From: an uncultured Alphaproteobacteria bacterium
GTDB taxonomy: Bacteria > Pseudomonadota > Alphaproteobacteria > Rs-D84
Assembly: GCA_947367055.1 (NCBI GenBank)
Contig: CANBCI010000002.1
Span: 78,005 to 142,004, forward strand
Length of the DNA: 64,000 bases
Direction: 5' to 3'
Positions within the stretch are counted from its first letter, which is position 1. Each line of letters begins with the position of its first letter. Shown here piece by piece: positions 40,063-52,374 of the stretch. The translations under genes and the position numbers were made by a program. The notes under the pieces are model-generated. The model did no database searches and was not told the origin of the DNA. It was given only the letters and a program-made list of their open reading frames with translations.

Positions 40063-40692
40063 ATGGCAACAAAGAAAACAAAAAAACAAACCACAAAACA
40101 AACCGCGCCCGTGGAAAACATGCGCCCGGCGGCGGGTCTTGCAAACGCAATTTATAATCGTGGGGCGCCGATCCTGCTGGGCGAGGGGATTTTATTCGCC
40201 GTTGCGGCGGTATTGTTACTGCTGAAGCCGATTGCGATTTTAACCGCGATAACATTTGTGCTCGGGGTGGCGTTGATGCTGCTGGGGTTGTATAGAACGA
40301 TTGCCGGTTTTGTCGCATCGCATCAGGTCGGCGGCGGCGGACTGGACGTCGTGTTCGGCATTGTAAACATTATTTTGGGACTTTTGTTCTGCATTTATCC
40401 GGCCGGGTCAATGATAAGTTTGATGTACATATTCCTGGTTATGTTCGCGTTCAAAGCGCTTGGGGCCCTGGTGTTTGCAATAAGGATGGCGCGCGCACGT
40501 TTTGGGCATTATGTTCTGGACTTGATAATGGCGCTGATTTTGGTTGGGTTGACCGTGGCATTGCTGTTCTGGCCTGTGGCGGGTATTGTCGCAATGGTTT
40601 ATTATCTGGCGGTAACATTGCTGATGTATGCCATTGCAGATTTATACATGTTTGTAAAGTTGCGCCGTTTTAGAAACCGCATGGTTGCATAA
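40063..40692 (+). CDS. HdeD/DUF308-like multi-pass membrane protein
   Basis: Six hydrophobic helices with repeated short G-rich motifs; Lys-rich N-terminus. Confidence 0.45.
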   Translation: MATKKTKKQTTKQTAPVENMRPAAGLANAIYNRGAPILLGEGILFAVAAVLLLLKPIAILTAITFVLGVALMLLGLYRTIAGFVASHQVGGGGLDVVFGIVNIILGLLFCIYPAGSMISLMYIFLVMFAFKALGALVFAIRMARARFGHYVLDLIMALILVGLTVALLFWPVAGIVAMVYYLAVTLLMYAIADLYMFVKLRRFRNRMVA

Positions 40693-40696
40693 ATAA

Positions 40697-40725
40697 AAAA
40701 TCCCCCGGTTGGGGGATTTGTTTTG
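40697..40725 (+). terminator. Rho-independent terminator
   Basis: TCCCCCggttGGGGGA hairpin + TTTGTTTT. Confidence 0.6.
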
Positions 40726-40737
40726 TTGGGGTGGTTT

Positions 40738-41136
40738 GGTTTCTCATCCTGGGGTTTGCAGAAAAATTAAACCACCCACAAGGGGGGTGGTTGAATTTTT
40801 GGCGCGCCCTGCAGATTCCCTCGGCATATAAATGCCTGCGGGGAAACCGTGACGGCTCGATTACACTGCGTTAATCTCGCCTACTTGTTTTCGAACCAAG
40901 GTTCTCATCCTGGGGTTTGCAGAAAAATTAAACCACCCACAAGGGGGGTGGTTGAATTTTTGGCGCGCCCTGCAGATTCCCTCGGCATATAAATGCCTGC
41001 GGGGAAACCGTGACGGCTCGATTACACTGCGTTAATCTCGCCTACTTGTTTTCGAACCAAGGTTCTCATCCTGGGGTTTGCAGAAAAATTAAACCACCCA
41101 CAAGGGGGGTGGTTGAATTTTTGGCGCGCCCTGCAG
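40738..41136. repeat. tandem direct repeat, 161-bp unit x ~2.5 copies, each containing the 3'-terminal 15 nt of tRNA-Arg plus its terminator (att-like)
   Basis: Units begin at 40738, 40900 and 41061, are near-identical, and each carries TGGCGCGCCCTGCAG (reverse complement of the tRNA acceptor/T-stem 3' end). The last unit runs into the genuine tRNA-Arg. Confidence 0.85.
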
Positions 41137-41198
41137 GATTCGAACCTGCGACCTGCGGATTAGAAATCCGATGCTCTATCCAGCTGGGCTAAGGGCGC
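41122..41198 (-). tRNA. tRNA-Arg (anticodon UCU)
   Basis: Reverse complement gives GCGCCCT-TA-GCCCAGCTGGATAGAGC-A-TCGGA-TTTCTAA-TCCGC-AGGTC-GCAGGTTCGAATCCTGC-AGGGCGC-G-CCA; anticodon loop UUUCUAA. Confidence 0.8.
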
Positions 41199-41340
41199 GG
41201 CGCAACATATATTATAACATAAAACCGGGAATTTCAAGTAGGCATTCTTTCCTATAGTTTTTTTATCAAAAATAGTTGACAAGTAATGATTTTTGTCTTA
41301 TATTATCTGTGTGATTAAAGCATAACCAAAAGGTGAGACA

Positions 41341-42003
41341 ATGGCTTTTAAAAATATTTTATCGTATAAATTAAAGCGCGTGTTGCCTATATTGGGCTTA
41401 ATGGGCGCAACTTTGACCGGCTGCGAGAAAGATGAATACTATTTCGTCCTGCCGCCATGCCAATGCCCGCAACAGCCGGGTGATAAAGATGATTCCGATG
41501 ATGACAAAAAACCGGGCGACAATGAAGATCCGGGCACGGAAGATCCCAAGCCGGAAATCAAAACCCACGAAACAACGTATGTTTGGGGCAGAATTCGCAT
41601 GAATAGCGCGTTGATAAAAAATATCTGTGCATCTGCAGATTCTGTAGAGGTCAGCCGTGTTATCTTGGCAAATGACGGCGACACTTTCGGCAATGTTATG
41701 AGTGATAAGTATATCAAGGAAAACTATATTGATTATGTTATCAATAAAGTAACACCGGAAAATCGTCACAAGGTATGTGGTGCGAACACCCTGATTGATG
41801 TTGTACATGAAAGCAAGAAACACGAAGAAGGCCTAAAGGCTTTGGGTTTTGATATTCGTTACGGGGATTCGGCGACCACGACGGCGGCCGCCGCGAAAAA
41901 GAATAACGCGAAAGACAACGTTATTGTTTATGCGGATACCGTGGTTCATTCTAGTACAACGCCGCCGTTGCGATATGCAATGCAAAATTACAAACACAGA
42001 TAA
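41341..42003 (+). CDS. hypothetical lipoprotein with acidic Pro/Asp-rich N-terminal region
   Basis: Lipobox LTGC; DKDDSDDDKKPGDNEDPGTEDPKPE low-complexity segment; terminator after stop. Confidence 0.5.
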   Translation: MAFKNILSYKLKRVLPILGLMGATLTGCEKDEYYFVLPPCQCPQQPGDKDDSDDDKKPGDNEDPGTEDPKPEIKTHETTYVWGRIRMNSALIKNICASADSVEVSRVILANDGDTFGNVMSDKYIKENYIDYVINKVTPENRHKVCGANTLIDVVHESKKHEEGLKALGFDIRYGDSATTTAAAAKKNNAKDNVIVYADTVVHSSTTPPLRYAMQNYKHR

Positions 42004-42123
42004 TAAAAAATCCGGAATTTCCGGATTTTTTTATTGCCCGAACCCATTGCGTGCCGCTGTGTGAAATCATACCTGTATTAGATATTGGGTTTGCATGCTA
42101 TAGTATGCGCAAAGAGGTTTTTT

Positions 42124-42597
42124 ATGAAAAAGATTTTTTATTTTATTGTCGCGATTGTTTTGGCGTTTATCCCTGGTTTTATCGGTGTCACATTTACGCC
42201 GTCCGGGGCGTCCGACGTCTGGTATAACGCATTGAACAAGTCTGTTTTAACGCCGGACGGGTGGGTTTTTGGTGCGGCATGGACAATTTTGTACGGCCTG
42301 CTGGGGGTTGCGTTGTTCCTGATTATGAACAATGACCGCACCCGCGCGCACAAGACCAAGGCGTATTTGCTGTTCTTTGCACAGATGGTGCTAAACGCAT
42401 TGTGGACATATTTGTTCTTTGGGGCGCATATGGTTGGTGCCGCAATGATTGTACTGGTGGTGCTGATATTTATCGCGATATGGATGGCGCGCGCATTCAA
42501 ACCAATCAGCCGGGCGGCGTCGTACCTGGTTTGGCCGTATATAATATGGATGCTGTTTGCGGCATATTTGAACGGCGTCATTTTGTATATGAATTAA
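42124..42597 (+). CDS. tspO: TspO/MBR family tryptophan-rich sensory protein
   Basis: Five TM helices with conserved Trp/Tyr pattern (WYNALNKSVLTPDGWVFGAAWTILYGLLGVALF, LNALWTYLFFG). Confidence 0.75.
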   Translation: MKKIFYFIVAIVLAFIPGFIGVTFTPSGASDVWYNALNKSVLTPDGWVFGAAWTILYGLLGVALFLIMNNDRTRAHKTKAYLLFFAQMVLNALWTYLFFGAHMVGAAMIVLVVLIFIAIWMARAFKPISRAASYLVWPYIIWMLFAAYLNGVILYMN

Positions 42598-42750
42598 AGA
42601 TTGAAATTTTGGTTTATAGAGTGCATTATATACCAGAACCCTAATGGGAATTGGGTTCGGGGCTATTGCAGGCCCGGTTTAGTCGGCGCAAACGCGTCGT
42701 TAGATGATATGGCAATACATAGCCTGTATTGTCATGTCCCCGTCATGCAG

Positions 42751-42857
42751 GTCGGGGAGCTGTTGGTTATATAACACGGGAAACCGAAAGGCCGACGGAA
42801 TCACTACTAAACTGATTATGCAATCTCCCCGACCACCCTTAAATGGTGGTCTTTTTT
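42751..42857 (+). promoter_or_regulatory. conserved structured 5' leader, copy B
   Basis: GTCGGGGAG 42751-59 pairs with CTCCCCGAC 42825-33; hairpin ACCACCcttaaatGGTGGT 42832-50; T6 42852-57; 25 nt upstream of the OMP gene start. Confidence 0.5.
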
Positions 42858-42881
42858 CCCGCAATTCAAAAGGGGGATTCT

Positions 42882-43517
42882 GTGCGAATTTTTATCTGCA
42901 TGACGGTGATATTTTGCATGATGTCGCACGCGTATGCCGCCGATGGAATGTTTCTTGCATTGCGGTCTGCGCATACTAATGTCGGGGTTAAATATTCCGG
43001 GTACGGCAATCGGGACGATACCGTTTCGTCTTATAAGATTGCAATGGGGGCCGGAATTGATGCAATGGGCTTTGAATTTGAATTTTCCGATATTTCCGGT
43101 GCAAAAATGATTGCCGATTTGCAGGACGGGATTCCTTTGCGCGGCATGGAAAAAAACAATATCAACATCTATTTTTTTAACATAACCCAGGAAACGGAAA
43201 TTTTTACAGATTTTTTTATATTACTGGGGCTGGGGGCGGGCATGGCGAAAAATACCGCGGATGTCGACATAAAACTAGATTTATCCGAATTTGGCGAAAG
43301 TGATGCGTACACTGTTTATGAAAACTCGCATCATGCGCGGACGTTTGCATGGAATGTTTCAGCCGGAATTGGGTATATGATATTTGACGGATTGTCGCTG
43401 GATTTACTTTATAGATATACGGGTATTGGAAAAACAAAATATAAAATTCATTCCGACAGCATAAAAAAAAATTTAAGCATGCATGAAATAATAATCGGTG
43501 CTAGGTTTATGTTTTAA
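42882..43517 (+). CDS. small outer-membrane beta-barrel protein (OmpA-like/8-strand class)
   Basis: GTG start after AAAGGGGGA RBS; signal peptide ending AYAADG; alternating aromatic pattern; C-terminus IIGARFMF. Confidence 0.5.
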   Translation: MRIFICMTVIFCMMSHAYAADGMFLALRSAHTNVGVKYSGYGNRDDTVSSYKIAMGAGIDAMGFEFEFSDISGAKMIADLQDGIPLRGMEKNNINIYFFNITQETEIFTDFFILLGLGAGMAKNTADVDIKLDLSEFGESDAYTVYENSHHARTFAWNVSAGIGYMIFDGLSLDLLYRYTGIGKTKYKIHSDSIKKNLSMHEIIIGARFMF

Positions 43518-43538
43518 TACGCGCATCGATATGATTTT

Positions 43539-43874
43539 TTACATTTTCAGGATTTTTACGGCCGGGTCGCCAATATTTAGGTATTTCAACCCCAATTCTT
43601 CAACATAATCAGAACTATATCCCTGTAATAATTCAATGTGGCTTTTCAGGTAATCCAGTTTTTGTGTTTCCGCGGCCAGTTGTTCCTGTTCCGCGTTAAG
43701 GCGCCATATGTTCATGACGAATTTCTGGACATTAACCTCGCCCCAGAAGATGCGCACAAACATAAACAGTGCAAATATGGCAAAGAGTATGCCGAATTTG
43801 CCGCGTATTCCACCCGTCCACGCGCGCCCGATAAATCCAAAGAAATTTTTGATTTTTTCTTTCATCGGTGGCAT
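43539..43874 (-). CDS. ftsB: septum formation initiator family protein (FtsB-like)
   Basis: Single TM helix (FGILFAIFALFMFVRIFW) followed by a coiled coil (LNAEQEQLAAETQKLDYLKSHIELL). Confidence 0.65.
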   Translation of the reverse strand: MPPMKEKIKNFFGFIGRAWTGGIRGKFGILFAIFALFMFVRIFWGEVNVQKFVMNIWRLNAEQEQLAAETQKLDYLKSHIELLQGYSSDYVEELGLKYLNIGDPAVKILKM

Positions 43875-43884
43875 TATATCACAA

Positions 43885-44805
43885 ATGTTTGGTGATAATC
43901 AAATTTTTGCTGCACCCCTGGCGGGGATTACGGATTTGCCGTTTCGCCGAATTGTTCGGGAATTTTCGCCGGCGGCCCCGTTGGTGACGGAAATGATTTC
44001 GTGTCATTCGCTGGTTGGCGGGCATAAAAACTGCCTGCGTAATTTTGACCGTTATGATGACGAAGGCAATGTCGGCGCCCAGATTTTTGGTGCGGATGTC
44101 GATTTGATGCGTGACGCCGCCAAAATATTGGCGGACGCGGGGGCTAAATGGATTGACATAAACATGGGATGCCCCGTGCCCAAGGTTGCCACGCGCGCCG
44201 GGGCGGGGGCGTTCCTTATGCGGGACCATAAACTGGCGGAAAAAATAATGCGCGCCGTCGTGCGTGCCGTGGATGTGCCGGTATCAATAAAAACGCGCCT
44301 GGGGTGGGATGATGAACATCGTGATTGGCGTGACTTGGTTGATATTGCCGCCGATTGCGGGGTGCGATTCGCAGCGTTGCATGGGCGGACGCGTTCGCAG
44401 TTGTATGTCGGCCCCGCCAATTTGCCGGATGTGCATGACGCGCCGATTCCAATTATTGCGAACGGCGACATAAAAACGGCCGACGACATATTGCGGGCGG
44501 AAAAACTGGGGTATTCTGGGGCGATGATTGGGCGCGCCATGTTGGGGCGGCCGTGGGCGTTGCGGGCAATAACACGGGGCGTGGCGCCGGAAAATATTGG
44601 TGATGTTGTATTGCGGCATTTGATGTATTCAATTGAATATTACGGTGAACGCACGGCCGTTCCCATGTTTCGCAAGCATGCGGCATGGTACTGTGTGGGC
44701 ATGCCCCATTCGTCTGAATTTCGTATCCGGGTGAATACAATTTCGGACGCCGACGAATTAAAAAACGAAATATGCAAATTTTGGGGTTGCGTTGAATGTG
44801 CATAG
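43885..44805 (+). CDS. dus: tRNA-dihydrouridine synthase
   Basis: FAAPLAGITDLPFRRIV, catalytic Cys region INMGCPVPKV, TIM-barrel Dus signature; ORF-track start at 43708 is an artefactual extension overlapping ftsB. Confidence 0.8.
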   Translation: MFGDNQIFAAPLAGITDLPFRRIVREFSPAAPLVTEMISCHSLVGGHKNCLRNFDRYDDEGNVGAQIFGADVDLMRDAAKILADAGAKWIDINMGCPVPKVATRAGAGAFLMRDHKLAEKIMRAVVRAVDVPVSIKTRLGWDDEHRDWRDLVDIAADCGVRFAALHGRTRSQLYVGPANLPDVHDAPIPIIANGDIKTADDILRAEKLGYSGAMIGRAMLGRPWALRAITRGVAPENIGDVVLRHLMYSIEYYGERTAVPMFRKHAAWYCVGMPHSSEFRIRVNTISDADELKNEICKFWGCVECA

Positions 44806-44848
44806 ATTCTATGATTATAAAGATTAAAAACAAGCAGGGGAAAAAGTT

Positions 44849-45697
44849 ATGAATGAAAACGAAAACATTGAACAGCAGACTGCGGAAATGACCGTTGGCG
44901 AAATATTGCGCAATGCGCGTACAACCGGCCGGCGCAAGCGTGAAATTCAAACAATTGCAAAGCAGTTGTGCATAAGGGAGGATTTCCTGCAGGCGTTAGA
45001 GGATGGAAATTACACCGCAATACCGGAAATGGTTTATATTCTGGGGTTTGCGCGTAATTATGCAATGGAACTGGGGCTGGACCCGGACGAAATTGTTGCA
45101 AAGATAAAGGCGGAAATGGGCCTGAATACTGACGGGGCATGCGTCGTCCCGTGCGAGGTGCCCGTTGATGACACAACCGAAGATGCGCCGACTGCGATTA
45201 CATCTGTGGCCGCGGCATCACGGGTTGCACAATTCATGCGCCGGAATTGGAAATGGATTCTGGGGATTGTGATTTTGATTGTGGCGGCGATTGTGGCCGT
45301 GGTCGCGTTTGTGCCGAAAGGCCAGGAAGAAGTTGTACCGGCTGCAAATAATGTTGTCACGGTGGCCGCGCCGACGGAAACCAAGTACAATGTTGAAATC
45401 CGCGAGCGTTTCGGCACAGAAAACCGTGAAACGGCCGAGGTTGTACTGCAGGCGACCGAAGAATCCTGGGTCAAGGTTGAAGATGCCCGCGGAAATACCG
45501 TGTTTAGTCGTGTTCTGGTGCCGGGTGACATATACTATGTACCGTCCGGTAACAAGTACAAGGCGACATTTGGCAATGTCGGTGGCATAGATGCGTGGGT
45601 TGGCGGCAAATTGGCGCCCAAGGTCGGGGTTGGCCATGTGCGCAAGGCCGGAATTTCTTTGACGCCGTCCGCATTAATGGCGGGGCCGACGGAATAA
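44849..45697 (+). CDS. RodZ-like cytoskeleton-associated protein (HTH + TM + C-terminal domain)
   Basis: N-terminal XRE-type HTH (VGEILRNARTTGRRKREIQTIAKQLCIREDFLQALEDG), central TM helix (ILGIVILIVAAIVAVVAFV), C-terminal beta-rich domain. Confidence 0.6.
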   Translation: MNENENIEQQTAEMTVGEILRNARTTGRRKREIQTIAKQLCIREDFLQALEDGNYTAIPEMVYILGFARNYAMELGLDPDEIVAKIKAEMGLNTDGACVVPCEVPVDDTTEDAPTAITSVAAASRVAQFMRRNWKWILGIVILIVAAIVAVVAFVPKGQEEVVPAANNVVTVAAPTETKYNVEIRERFGTENRETAEVVLQATEESWVKVEDARGNTVFSRVLVPGDIYYVPSGNKYKATFGNVGGIDAWVGGKLAPKVGVGHVRKAGISLTPSALMAGPTE

Positions 45698-46088
45698 TCG
45701 GCACTAAATAATTCGGGGGCGGCGGCCCCCGTTTTTTATGGAAATGACCGGGTAAAAAATCTTTTGCGCAAATGTTGAAATTTTTAATAATTCGTATATA
45801 TTATATGGGCTAAACGAGTGGAATTATAAAAATTCGCGGTGCGCGCGACAAGGAGTCCAAGAATCATGGTGCTGCGCGAAGCAGCAGCGTGATGATTGGG
45901 AGTGAACGAAAGTGAACGATATGACTGCCGCAAGCATAGGGGAACAAAGTTTATGAATAAGATAAAAATTCGCGGTGCGCGCGACAAGGAGTCCAAGAAT
46001 CATGGTGCTGCGCGAAGCAGCAGCGTGATGATTGGGAGTGAACGAAAGTGAACGATATGACTGCCGCAAGCATAGGGGAACAAAGTTT

Positions 46089-48944
<2,856 letters not shown>

Positions 48945-48969
48945 GATTTTTATAAAAAGGAGAAGCAAT

Positions 48970-49497
48970 ATGTTTGGTTTTGGAAAAAAGAAAGCGGACG
49001 TGGCGCCGGAAAATAATGCGCCTGAAAACATGTCGGAAAAAGATTTGAAAAAAATTGAGGAAAAAATCCCGTCCGGCATGAAGGAAACGGCCCAGCGCAT
49101 GATGTCGGGGCAATTTGACATGAACGACATGCTGGCCCAGTTAAAGCAGATTAAGAAAATGAGCACCTTTAGCGGGCTGCTGAAAATGGTGCCTGGAATG
49201 TCCGGTGCGATTAACGCCATGAAGGAAAAAATAAAAGACGGCAGCATTGACGCCCAGATTAAGATACTGGAGGCAATGACACCCGCCGAACGGGCAGAGC
49301 CGGAAAAAATCTTTGCCAATGCCAAGGCGCGTATTGCCGAAACCGCGGGATGCACCGTGCGTGATGTCGAGCACATCATAAAGCAATATTTGAATATGAA
49401 AAAACAAATGGCAATGATTCAGAAAATGGGAGGAATGGAGGCCGTAATGGCCAAAATGCAGCAGGGGGGCGGTACAACAACAAGTGGGAATAAGTAA
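48970..49497 (+). CDS. standalone SRP54/Ffh M-domain-like protein (no NG domain)
   Basis: QFDMNDMLAQLKQIKKMSTFSGLLKMVPGMSG ... ILEAMTPAERAEPEKIF ... ARIAETAGCTVRDVEHIIKQYLNMKKQMAMIQKMGG aligns along the Ffh M domain (Met-rich signal-peptide-binding/SRP-RNA-binding region). N and GTPase domains absent. Confidence 0.6.
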   Translation: MFGFGKKKADVAPENNAPENMSEKDLKKIEEKIPSGMKETAQRMMSGQFDMNDMLAQLKQIKKMSTFSGLLKMVPGMSGAINAMKEKIKDGSIDAQIKILEAMTPAERAEPEKIFANAKARIAETAGCTVRDVEHIIKQYLNMKKQMAMIQKMGGMEAVMAKMQQGGGTTTSGNK

Positions 49498-49499
49498 AA

Positions 49500-50060
49500 A
49501 TGACAATAAATATTGGGGCCATATCCGGCAAAGTCAAAAACTGGTTTGATTGGACGCCAATCGCGGTAAGCGGCCCTGTGGAATATTTCTATACACATGA
49601 TAAAAATTCGCCTATGGAACTTTTGGGCTATAATTTGTTTGTGTCATATCGGTATCATGCGCCACGCAGTATGCTCTTTCAGGTGTACTCTAAAACAGAC
49701 AATGGACGTGACCGGGCGTATTTTCGTGCATTGCGCTACAAGATGAAAATGTTGCGTCAAATAGATGCCGCCCAGCCGGCCGCGCCGGTGCCCGAGTTAA
49801 CCGCCGCCCGTGCCCAGATTGAGGCAATGGAATTATTCGGATACAGATTTTATAATGTCTCTGCGGCATATAGCACTGTAAAAGATGTCAGTTATTCCGT
49901 ACCTGTTTTGTGCGCATATTATGGCGAAAAGCCACGCATAAAAATATTTCATTTTGCCAAGAGTGAAAAGTATCCGGAACCATTGACGGCCGCAAATGAG
50001 TTTTATGCGGAAATGTTGAAAATGGTTGAAAAGCATAAGGCGCCGTCAATTGCACGGTAA
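49500..50060 (+). CDS. hypothetical protein
   Basis: 186-aa ORF starting immediately after the previous gene (coupled); no recognisable motif. Confidence 0.4.
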   Translation: MTINIGAISGKVKNWFDWTPIAVSGPVEYFYTHDKNSPMELLGYNLFVSYRYHAPRSMLFQVYSKTDNGRDRAYFRALRYKMKMLRQIDAAQPAAPVPELTAARAQIEAMELFGYRFYNVSAAYSTVKDVSYSVPVLCAYYGEKPRIKIFHFAKSEKYPEPLTAANEFYAEMLKMVEKHKAPSIAR

Positions 50061-50085
50061 TTGGAAATACGAAGGGGGAAATAAT

Positions 50086-50382
50086 ATGAGTTTAAAAACT
50101 ATTCTTAACAATGTTCTTAAAAAAGAAATTGTAGGGGTTCAGGGCCCGGTCAAGCGTCATGCGCTGGTTGGTGGCGAATTAAAATATGTAGGATATGAGG
50201 TCTTTGTGTGTATGCGCGACAAAAATGGGCGTGACAGCACCAAAGTTCTGCGTTTTTCCGATGATAACGAGGCGTTGTTTTCGCAATATGCGGGGCCAAA
50301 GGATGCCGCACAGAAATATGCCGAACATGTTCGCGCGCAAATGCAACGCAAGGCGGATAACGCACGGTGCAATACGAAATAA
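50086..50382 (+). CDS. hypothetical protein (98 aa)
   Basis: Strong RBS GAAGGGGGA before ATG at 50086; stop overlaps rlmE start region. Confidence 0.4.
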   Translation: MSLKTILNNVLKKEIVGVQGPVKRHALVGGELKYVGYEVFVCMRDKNGRDSTKVLRFSDDNEALFSQYAGPKDAAQKYAEHVRAQMQRKADNARCNTK

Positions 50383-51042
50383 ATGAAGATACTGAACAAG
50401 AAAATCGCCGCAAAAAAATCATCCGTCGCGTGGCTGCAGCGCCAGGCGGCGGATCCGTATGTCGCGCGTGCGCAGCGTGACGGGTATCGCGCGCGCGCCG
50501 CATATAAACTGATTGAAATAAACGAAAAGTACAAGTTCCTTAAAAACGGCCAGGTCGTCGTTGATTTGGGGGCGGCGCCGGGTTCATGGACGCAGTATGT
50601 GGTGCGTGAATTTCCAAAATCCCGTGTTTTTGCAATGGATTTGCTGGAAATAAAGCCGATACCGGGCGTCGAATTTTATCAGGGCGATTTCACCAGTGAC
50701 GCGGCCCTGCAATGGTTGGTCGAAAAACTGGGGTTGCCGGATGACGCCGCAGAAAACGGCACGGTTGATGTTGTTTTATCGGATATGGCGCCAAATACAG
50801 TTGGACACAAGAAAACCGACCATATCCGTCAAATGGTATTGTTGGAATATGCGTTTGATTTTGCGGTTCGGGCATTAAAACCAGGCGGGGTTTTGGTGGC
50901 AAAATCCTTTACGGGCGGTACGACAAATGAACTGTTGAAACAAATCAAGGAAAAATTTGATGCGGTGCATCATATAAAACCGCCCGCATCACGCAAGGAT
51001 TCGGTTGAAATGTTTATTGTTGCAACTGGATTTCATGGATAA
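50383..51042 (+). CDS. rlmE: 23S rRNA (uridine2552-2'-O)-methyltransferase
   Basis: SRAAYKLIEI, SAM-binding VVDLGAAPGSWTQY, DVVLSDMAPN; FtsJ/RlmE family. Confidence 0.9.
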   Translation: MKILNKKIAAKKSSVAWLQRQAADPYVARAQRDGYRARAAYKLIEINEKYKFLKNGQVVVDLGAAPGSWTQYVVREFPKSRVFAMDLLEIKPIPGVEFYQGDFTSDAALQWLVEKLGLPDDAAENGTVDVVLSDMAPNTVGHKKTDHIRQMVLLEYAFDFAVRALKPGGVLVAKSFTGGTTNELLKQIKEKFDAVHHIKPPASRKDSVEMFIVATGFHG

Positions 51043-51082
51043 GATGTGATAAGATTCCTTTGTAATTTAGTGGGGATTTTTT

Positions 51083-51601
51083 ATGGCAACAAAAAATAAA
51101 TCTGTTCAAAAAAAGCAAACAAAACCAAAAATGGTCGGATTTGTGCAGGCGTTGCGCAATTTTTTTAACGGTTATTTTAATTTTAGCGGCACCGCCACGC
51201 GCGCAGAATTATGGTGGGTTGTTTTATTTTTTATTTGCTATGCGATTTCCATGGCGGCGATTTTAATGACCTTGTATTATCATGTTTCAATTGGGGCGTT
51301 TTTTATTGGCATGATATTCCTGTACGGTTTTGTAATCGGGACTATAATTCCGAATGTTGCGTTGTTTTCGCGCAGGATTCATGATTGCGGATTTAGTGCA
51401 GGTATATATTATTGGCCGGTGGCGGCGGAAATAATCGTCAAAGTAATTACAATTATGTGCGGTCTCTGGCTGGGCGAGGGGGCGGTATTTTCCGTGTTTG
51501 CGGTGTTATATGTTTTGCTGTACTGGACCACATTTATAATGTGGTGGGTCTTTGCATTGATGCCAAGCAGGGAAAAGGGCAATAAATATCGCATAAAATA
51601 G
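51083..51601 (+). CDS. DUF805 (YhaH-like) inner-membrane protein
   Basis: GTATRAELWWVV and RRIHDCG motifs typical of DUF805; 4 TM helices. Confidence 0.55.
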   Translation: MATKNKSVQKKQTKPKMVGFVQALRNFFNGYFNFSGTATRAELWWVVLFFICYAISMAAILMTLYYHVSIGAFFIGMIFLYGFVIGTIIPNVALFSRRIHDCGFSAGIYYWPVAAEIIVKVITIMCGLWLGEGAVFSVFAVLYVLLYWTTFIMWWVFALMPSREKGNKYRIK

Positions 51602-51696
51602 TTTTCATGCATGGCGAATATTTATAACAATATTATACTTGACAATATTTTTGTTTGTGTATATATTTATACAAAATTGAATCAGTGAGGTTTATA

Positions 51697-52344
51697 ATGG
51701 CAAATTATGAAATAACCGTATATGAAATCAGCAAGCAGGCTTATGATAAATTGATGAGTAATCCTGCAAACCACAAAATTTTGGAAAACGCGCGTCCGGT
51801 TAAGCATGTGTGTGTAAAAAAGTCCGTAAAATCGGCGGATGGCGTTGTGATAAATCCTGTATCAATGGATGATGTAAAAAATCTGTTGGGGGCGGGTGTT
51901 TACGCAAACAGCATATGTTACAATCTGGATACCAAAGAATATAACCGTAAAGCGTATAATGGGATGCCTATATATAATAATGCTGCAGAGGCGCGTTTGG
52001 CGGACAAGGTCAAAGTATCTTTGAAGCAATCACCGGAATTTAAGATTATTGAACCGTTGGTTGTTACCGCAATGACGACTGATTCGGCATATTATGCAAA
52101 TAGCAAGACATGGGCGCCGGTTGGCGAATATTTCCCCGACGGGAATTGTGTGATCGTCAATATGATTGTGCGCAACACTCAGAACGGTCAGCTTGGGCTA
52201 TTAAGCAAAAAATGGTTTAACGCATGGGCGTATTCCGGTCACAAGAATGCGTCACAGTTGGGGATAAATGACTTTCTGCACCGCGTGGCGCATGATGGTA
52301 ATTTCCGGCGTGCGTTTGCCGCAATTGCGCGTCAGTATGAATAA
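51697..52344 (+). CDS. hypothetical protein
   Basis: 215-aa ORF with GTGAGG RBS; followed by bidirectional terminator; no recognisable motif. Confidence 0.4.
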   Translation: MANYEITVYEISKQAYDKLMSNPANHKILENARPVKHVCVKKSVKSADGVVINPVSMDDVKNLLGAGVYANSICYNLDTKEYNRKAYNGMPIYNNAAEARLADKVKVSLKQSPEFKIIEPLVVTAMTTDSAYYANSKTWAPVGEYFPDGNCVIVNMIVRNTQNGQLGLLSKKWFNAWAYSGHKNASQLGINDFLHRVAHDGNFRRAFAAIARQYE

Positions 52345-52345
52345 T

Positions 52346-52374
52346 AAAAATCCCCCGAAACGGGGGATTTTTAT
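52346..52374 (+). terminator. bidirectional Rho-independent terminator (shared with rnhA)
   Basis: TCCCCCGaaaCGGGGGA hairpin flanked by A- and T-runs. Confidence 0.6.

Noticed and set aside
40738-41136. Possible CRISPR array
   Set aside because: Period is 161 bp with identical units and no unique spacers. Units contain a tRNA 3'-end fragment and a terminator. This is a tandem att-like repeat, not a CRISPR.
43708-43884. N-terminal extension of the dus ORF overlapping ftsB on the opposite strand
   Set aside because: Dus homology begins at MFGDNQIFAAPLAG (43885). The extension would overlap the FtsB-like gene entirely.
46032-46088. TTG-initiated N-terminal extension of uvrA
   Set aside because: Lies inside the tandem duplication. 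The canonical UvrA N-terminus MNKIKIRG with an upstream purine-rich RBS starts at 46089.
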